A DNA stretch of 32,000 nt, taken from assembly GCF_001457595.1 (NCBI RefSeq), contig NZ_LN831039.1, positions 120,001 to 152,000 on the forward strand. Direction: 5' to 3'. Below the pieces are notes generated by a model that was not told the origin of the DNA, did no database searches, and worked only from the letters and a program-made list of their open reading frames with translations. This stretch comes from Mycolicibacterium smegmatis (GTDB taxonomy: Bacteria > Actinomycetota > Actinomycetes > Mycobacteriales > Mycobacteriaceae). The position numbers and the translations under genes were made by a program. Positions within the stretch are counted from its first letter, which is position 1, and the number at the start of each line of letters is the position of its first letter. Below are positions 28,866 through 32,000 of this stretch, in pieces.

Positions 28866-30407
28866 CTAGCTGCGGGAGAACATCGCGAGCATGCGACGCG
28901 TCACCGCGAAGCCGCCGAAGACGTTGATACTGGCCAACAGGATGGCCACGAAGGCCAGCGCGGTGATGGCGGTGTTGTGGTGGCCGATCTGCAACAGCGC
29001 ACCGACCACGATGATGCCCGAGATCGCGTTGGTCACCGACATCAGCGGGGTGTGCAGCGCGTGATGGACGTTGCCGATCACGTAGTACCCGATCACGATC
29101 GCCAACGCGAACACCACCAGGTGCACCTGCAGCGCGGCCGGGGACAGCGCGATGAGTGCGAACAGCACCGCCGCCGCGGCGAACGCCACTCCCAGCCGGC
29201 GCCCGGTGGACATCGGCTGCTTTTCTTCCTTGACCGCGGGTGCGGCAGCGGCGGGCTGCGCGGCGGGGGCGGCCGAAACCTGCACCGGGGGTGGGGGCCA
29301 GGTGATCTCGCCGTCGCGCACCACGGTGATCGACCGCTGCACCACATCGTCGAAGTCCAGGACGACCTTGCCGTCCTTCTCCGGGGTCAACAGCTTGAGC
29401 AGGTTCACCAGGTTGGTGCCGTAGAGCTGTGAGGACTGCGCGGGCAGTCGCCCGGCCAGATCGGTGTAGCCGATGATCGTCACGCCGTTGTCGGTCACGA
29501 TGGCCTGGTCCTTGACCGTGCCCTCGACGTTGCCGCCGTTGGCCGCGGCCATGTCCACGATCACGCTGCCGGCCTTCATCGACGCCACCATCTCGGCGGT
29601 GATGATGCGCGGCGCGGGCCGCCCGGGGATCAGCGCCGTGGTGATGATGATGTCGACGTCCTTGCACTGCTCGGCATACAGTGCCGCCTCACGGGCCTTG
29701 TAGTCCTCGCCCATCTCCTTGGCGTAACCGGTCTTGGAGACTTCAGCCACCTCGCCCGAGTCATCCACCGCCAGGTACTCCCCACCCAGGGAGGCCACCT
29801 GATCGGCGACCTCGGGGCGCGGGTCGGTCGCGCGCACGATCGCCCCGAGGCTGCCTGCCGCGCCGATGGCCGCCAATCCGGCGACACCGGCACCGACCAC
29901 CAGCACCTTGGCCGGGGGCACCTTGCCCGCCGCGGTCACCTGCCCGGTGAAGAACCGGCCGAAGGCGTGGGCGGCCTCGACCACCGCGCGGTAACCGGCG
30001 ATGTTGGCCATCGACGACAACACGTCCAGCGACTGCGCCCGCGAGATCCGCGGCACCGCATCCATCGCCAGCACCGTGATGTTGCGTGTACCCAGCTGCT
30101 CCACCAGATCCGGGCGCAGCGCCGGGGAGATCAGACTGATCAGGGTCGCACCGTCACGCAGCGCGGCGATCTCGCCCTCCGATGGTGCGTTGACCTTCAT
30201 CACCACATCGGCCGACCACACCGCATCGGCCGAGCCGATCTGCGCACCGGCATCGGCATACGCCGCATCGGAAAAACTCGCCGCCGCACCCGCACCGGAC
30301 TCCACGACCACCGAGTAACCCAGCTTGAGAATCTGACCCACGGTCTGCGGAGTGGCAGCCACACGGGTCTCCCCAGGTTGGGACTCTCGAGGTATCCCAA
30401 TCATCAT
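28866..30407 (-). CDS. pntA: NAD(P) transhydrogenase alpha subunit, single fused polypeptide (dI plus membrane dII-alpha)
   Basis: [20 protein letters not shown]... resembles the E. coli-type N-terminus [25 protein letters not shown] is the NAD site, followed by an Ala/Pro linker and C-terminal TM helices. The track start (GTG 30458) adds 17 residues; I prefer the ATG at 30407 or 30404. Confidence 0.92.
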   Translation of the reverse strand: MMIGIPRESQPGETRVAATPQTVGQILKLGYSVVVESGAGAAASFSDAAYADAGAQIGSADAVWSADVVMKVNAPSEGEIAALRDGATLISLISPALRPDLVEQLGTRNITVLAMDAVPRISRAQSLDVLSSMANIAGYRAVVEAAHAFGRFFTGQVTAAGKVPPAKVLVVGAGVAGLAAIGAAGSLGAIVRATDPRPEVADQVASLGGEYLAVDDSGEVAEVSKTGYAKEMGEDYKAREAALYAEQCKDVDIIITTALIPGRPAPRIITAEMVASMKAGSVIVDMAAANGGNVEGTVKDQAIVTDNGVTIIGYTDLAGRLPAQSSQLYGTNLVNLLKLLTPEKDGKVVLDFDDVVQRSITVVRDGEITWPPPPVQVSAAPAAQPAAAAPAVKEEKQPMSTGRRLGVAFAAAAVLFALIALSPAALQVHLVVFALAIVIGYYVIGNVHHALHTPLMSVTNAISGIIVVGALLQIGHHNTAITALAFVAILLASINVFGGFAVTRRMLAMFSRS

Positions 30408-30476
30408 CGGCAACGGTCCAATCTGTCGGTCGGCATGGATGAGTGTCGCATCCGTCACAACGTCCGGAGCGGTCGC

Positions 30477-31493
30477 CTACAGCCAATCGCGGCGCTTGAA
30501 CATCACGTATAGCAGACCGACCAGGACGGCGATCAGCGCAGAGCTGGTGACAAATCCGGCCACTGTGTCTACTCCGGGATAGGTGACGTTCTGCCCGTAG
30601 AAGCCGGTGATGGCGGTCGGCACCGCGATGATCGCGGCCCATCCGGTCAGCTTCTTCATCACGGTGTTGAGGCGGGCGTCCTGCAGCGACAGATGGGTCT
30701 CGAACACCGTTGTCACCATGTCGCGCAGGGACTCTGTCCATTCCGATGCGCGCAGGACGTGGTCGTACAGGTCGGCGTAGAGCGGATCGAGTTCGGGGGA
30801 TGTCCGGGAGTCCAGCCTGCGGTGCTGGATGGTGCTGACCACCTCGCGCGTCGGCAGCACGACGCGGCGCAGTTCGACGAGGTCCTTGCGCAACCGGAAC
30901 GTGCGTCGTTGCAGGCCGTGGTTGGGGCCGCGGTCGTCGAACAGTTCGTCTTCGAGTCCCTCGATCGCGTCGTCGAGCGCTTCGACGGCCTCGAAGTGCC
31001 CGTCCACCACGACGTCGAGCAGTCCGTGCACCAGGGATCCGACGCCGTATCTCTGGCCGCCGAGGTCGTCGAAGCGTCGTGACACCTCGTGGATGTCGAA
31101 CTCGTGGGCGGCCCCGTCGAGGCCGGGCAACCGGACCGTGATCAGCCCGTGCGGCAACACGAACGCCGAGATGCGGTGCTTCACCAGAAGCGATCCGGTG
31201 CCGCCGCCGGAGCTGAGGATGTCGACGGCGTAGACCGTGAAGAACGTGTGGGTCTTGTACACCGAGGCCTTGGTGCGCTCCTTGGGTGCGACGGCATCTT
31301 CGACGGCCCAGGTGTTGAGCCCGAGTTCGGCCGCCAGGTCCAGCAGTGTCTGATGGTCCGGGTCGTAGATGTCGGCCCACACCAGCGTGTCGTCGTCGGC
31401 GAGATAGTCCGAGATGGCCGAGAACGAGAAATCCTCGGCCGACTGACCGGATCGCCAGACTCGGCCGTGCACCTGCGCCATGCCGTGAGTCAA
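30477..31493 (-). CDS. CorA-family divalent cation channel with a non-canonical YGQN pore motif
   Basis: Soluble N-terminal domain, long acidic helices, then two C-terminal TM helices: LTGWAAIIAVPTAITGFYGQNVTYPG...ALIAVLVGLLYVMFKRRDWL. The track start is TTG 31493; the ATG at 31481 (MAQVHGRVW) is an alternative. Confidence 0.88.
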   Translation of the reverse strand: MTHGMAQVHGRVWRSGQSAEDFSFSAISDYLADDDTLVWADIYDPDHQTLLDLAAELGLNTWAVEDAVAPKERTKASVYKTHTFFTVYAVDILSSGGGTGSLLVKHRISAFVLPHGLITVRLPGLDGAAHEFDIHEVSRRFDDLGGQRYGVGSLVHGLLDVVVDGHFEAVEALDDAIEGLEDELFDDRGPNHGLQRRTFRLRKDLVELRRVVLPTREVVSTIQHRRLDSRTSPELDPLYADLYDHVLRASEWTESLRDMVTTVFETHLSLQDARLNTVMKKLTGWAAIIAVPTAITGFYGQNVTYPGVDTVAGFVTSSALIAVLVGLLYVMFKRRDWL

Positions 31494-31515
31494 CCACGCG
31501 AGAAAAACTCACGGC
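31482..31515 (-). promoter_or_regulatory. Perfect 9-bp inverted repeat (hairpin) abutting the CorA-like start codon
   Basis: In mRNA sense: GCCGUGAGU-(16 nt, U-rich loop)-ACUCACGGC, immediately followed by the AUG at 31481. The alternative TTG start lies within the loop. Confidence 0.35.
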
Positions 31516-31591
31516 GATTCGAGATCTTCACGGAGTCGGCCGCCGTCGGTACGAATAGCCGGGTGAACACGACGCTGTCTGCCGACTGCTG

Positions 31592-31630
31592 CTGTTGCTG
31601 ACGCAACGCCTCCCGTTCTCCCAGCAACAG
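31592..31630 (+). promoter_or_regulatory. 9-bp perfect inverted repeat in the leader of the ABC permease gene
   Basis: CTGTTGCTG-(21 nt)-CAGCAACAG. The loop holds a nested AACG/CGTT pair. It ends 13 nt before the GTG at 31644. Confidence 0.3.
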
Positions 31631-31643
31631 AAAGTCGGCAACC

Positions 31644-32000
31644 GTGTCTGTCTTCGTCGATATCGTGCCCCAGTCCGAGACGGATTCCCCGCGCCCCGCG
31701 GCGCCGTCCAACCGCGGGCGCGCCATCCTCACCAAGGCCCTGCTGCCGCTGCTGTCGGTCGCGGTGTTCTTCGCGGTGTGGCAGGCCGTCGCGGTGGCGG
31801 GCATCTGGAACCAGACCTTCGTGCCGTACCCCAGCGCGGTGTGGCGTGCGTTCATCGATCTGTCCACCACGCATGACGGTGTCCGCGGATACGCGGGGTA
31901 CCTGCTGGTCGAGCACCTGTACATGACACTGCGCCGTGTGGTGGCCGGTGTGGTGATCGGCGTGGTCCTCGGCGTGCTGCTGGGCCTGCTCATGGGTTCG
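31644..32000 (+). CDS. ABC transporter permease, SsuC/TauC (nitrate/sulfonate/taurine) type, N-terminal part (runs off the window)
   Basis: Open-ended, so absent from the track. My translation gives ...RGRAILTKALLPLLSVAVFFAVWQAVAVAGIWNQTFVPYPSAVWRAFIDLSTTHDGVRGYAGYLLVEHLYMTLRRVVAGVVIGVVLGVLLGLLMGS, a typical N-terminus of this permease family. The frame opens after the TGA at 31599-31601. The first start is GTG 31644; GTG 31665 is an alternative. Confidence 0.7.
   Translation, partial: MSVFVDIVPQSETDSPRPAAPSNRGRAILTKALLPLLSVAVFFAVWQAVAVAGIWNQTFVPYPSAVWRAFIDLSTTHDGVRGYAGYLLVEHLYMTLRRVVAGVVIGVVLGVLLGLLMGS

Noticed and set aside
31490-31993. 167-aa minus-strand ORF containing a QQQQQ run
   Set aside because: It is antisense to the ABC permease N-terminus, which has a convincing SsuC/TauC-like sequence, and it crosses the intergenic leader.

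Overview
High-GC (eyeballed about 65-70%) actinobacterial chromosome. Protein content and gene order match the region next to the distal end of the ESX-1 type VII secretion locus in a fast-growing mycobacterium, most like Mycolicibacterium smegmatis. That assignment comes from recognising the protein sequences from memory; no search was run.

Gene order, left to right:
- eccE1 (partial) and mycP1.
- A complete PTS-fructose divergon: deoR-type regulator, fruK, fruA(EIIABC) and ptsH, reading away from ptsI.
- Pirin.
- A TetR gene coupled to a FUSC-type membrane protein, divergent from a second TetR gene.
- Two tandem Rv0145/Rv0146-like SAM methyltransferases.
- A small ORF with a signal peptide.
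- A tightly packed five-gene cluster: SDR, quinone oxidoreductase, class I methyltransferase, DUF456, YceI-like.
- A minus-strand chain: LysR, MFS, fadE2, ptpB.
- A NarL-type two-component system.
- A minus-strand chain: pntA (fused), pntB, acyl-CoA dehydrogenase, LCP protein.
- A CorA-family channel, then the start of an SsuC/TauC-like ABC permease.

I found no tRNA, rRNA, CRISPR array, IS element or transposase, integrase or phage genes. The window reads as core chromosome rather than an accessory island, and I cannot support a claim of a clear new multi-gene system.

The items most worth a second look:
- A perfect 17-bp palindrome abutting the first methyltransferase start codon.
- Phased repeats and a CRP-like site in the pts divergent control region.
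- A signal-peptide micro-ORF overlapping a methyltransferase 3' end.
- The quinone/isoprenoid-themed five-gene cluster.
- A CorA paralog carrying GQN instead of GMN, with a 9-bp hairpin at its start codon.

Many long ORFs in the six-frame track are antisense or out-of-frame artefacts typical of high-GC DNA, and were rejected.
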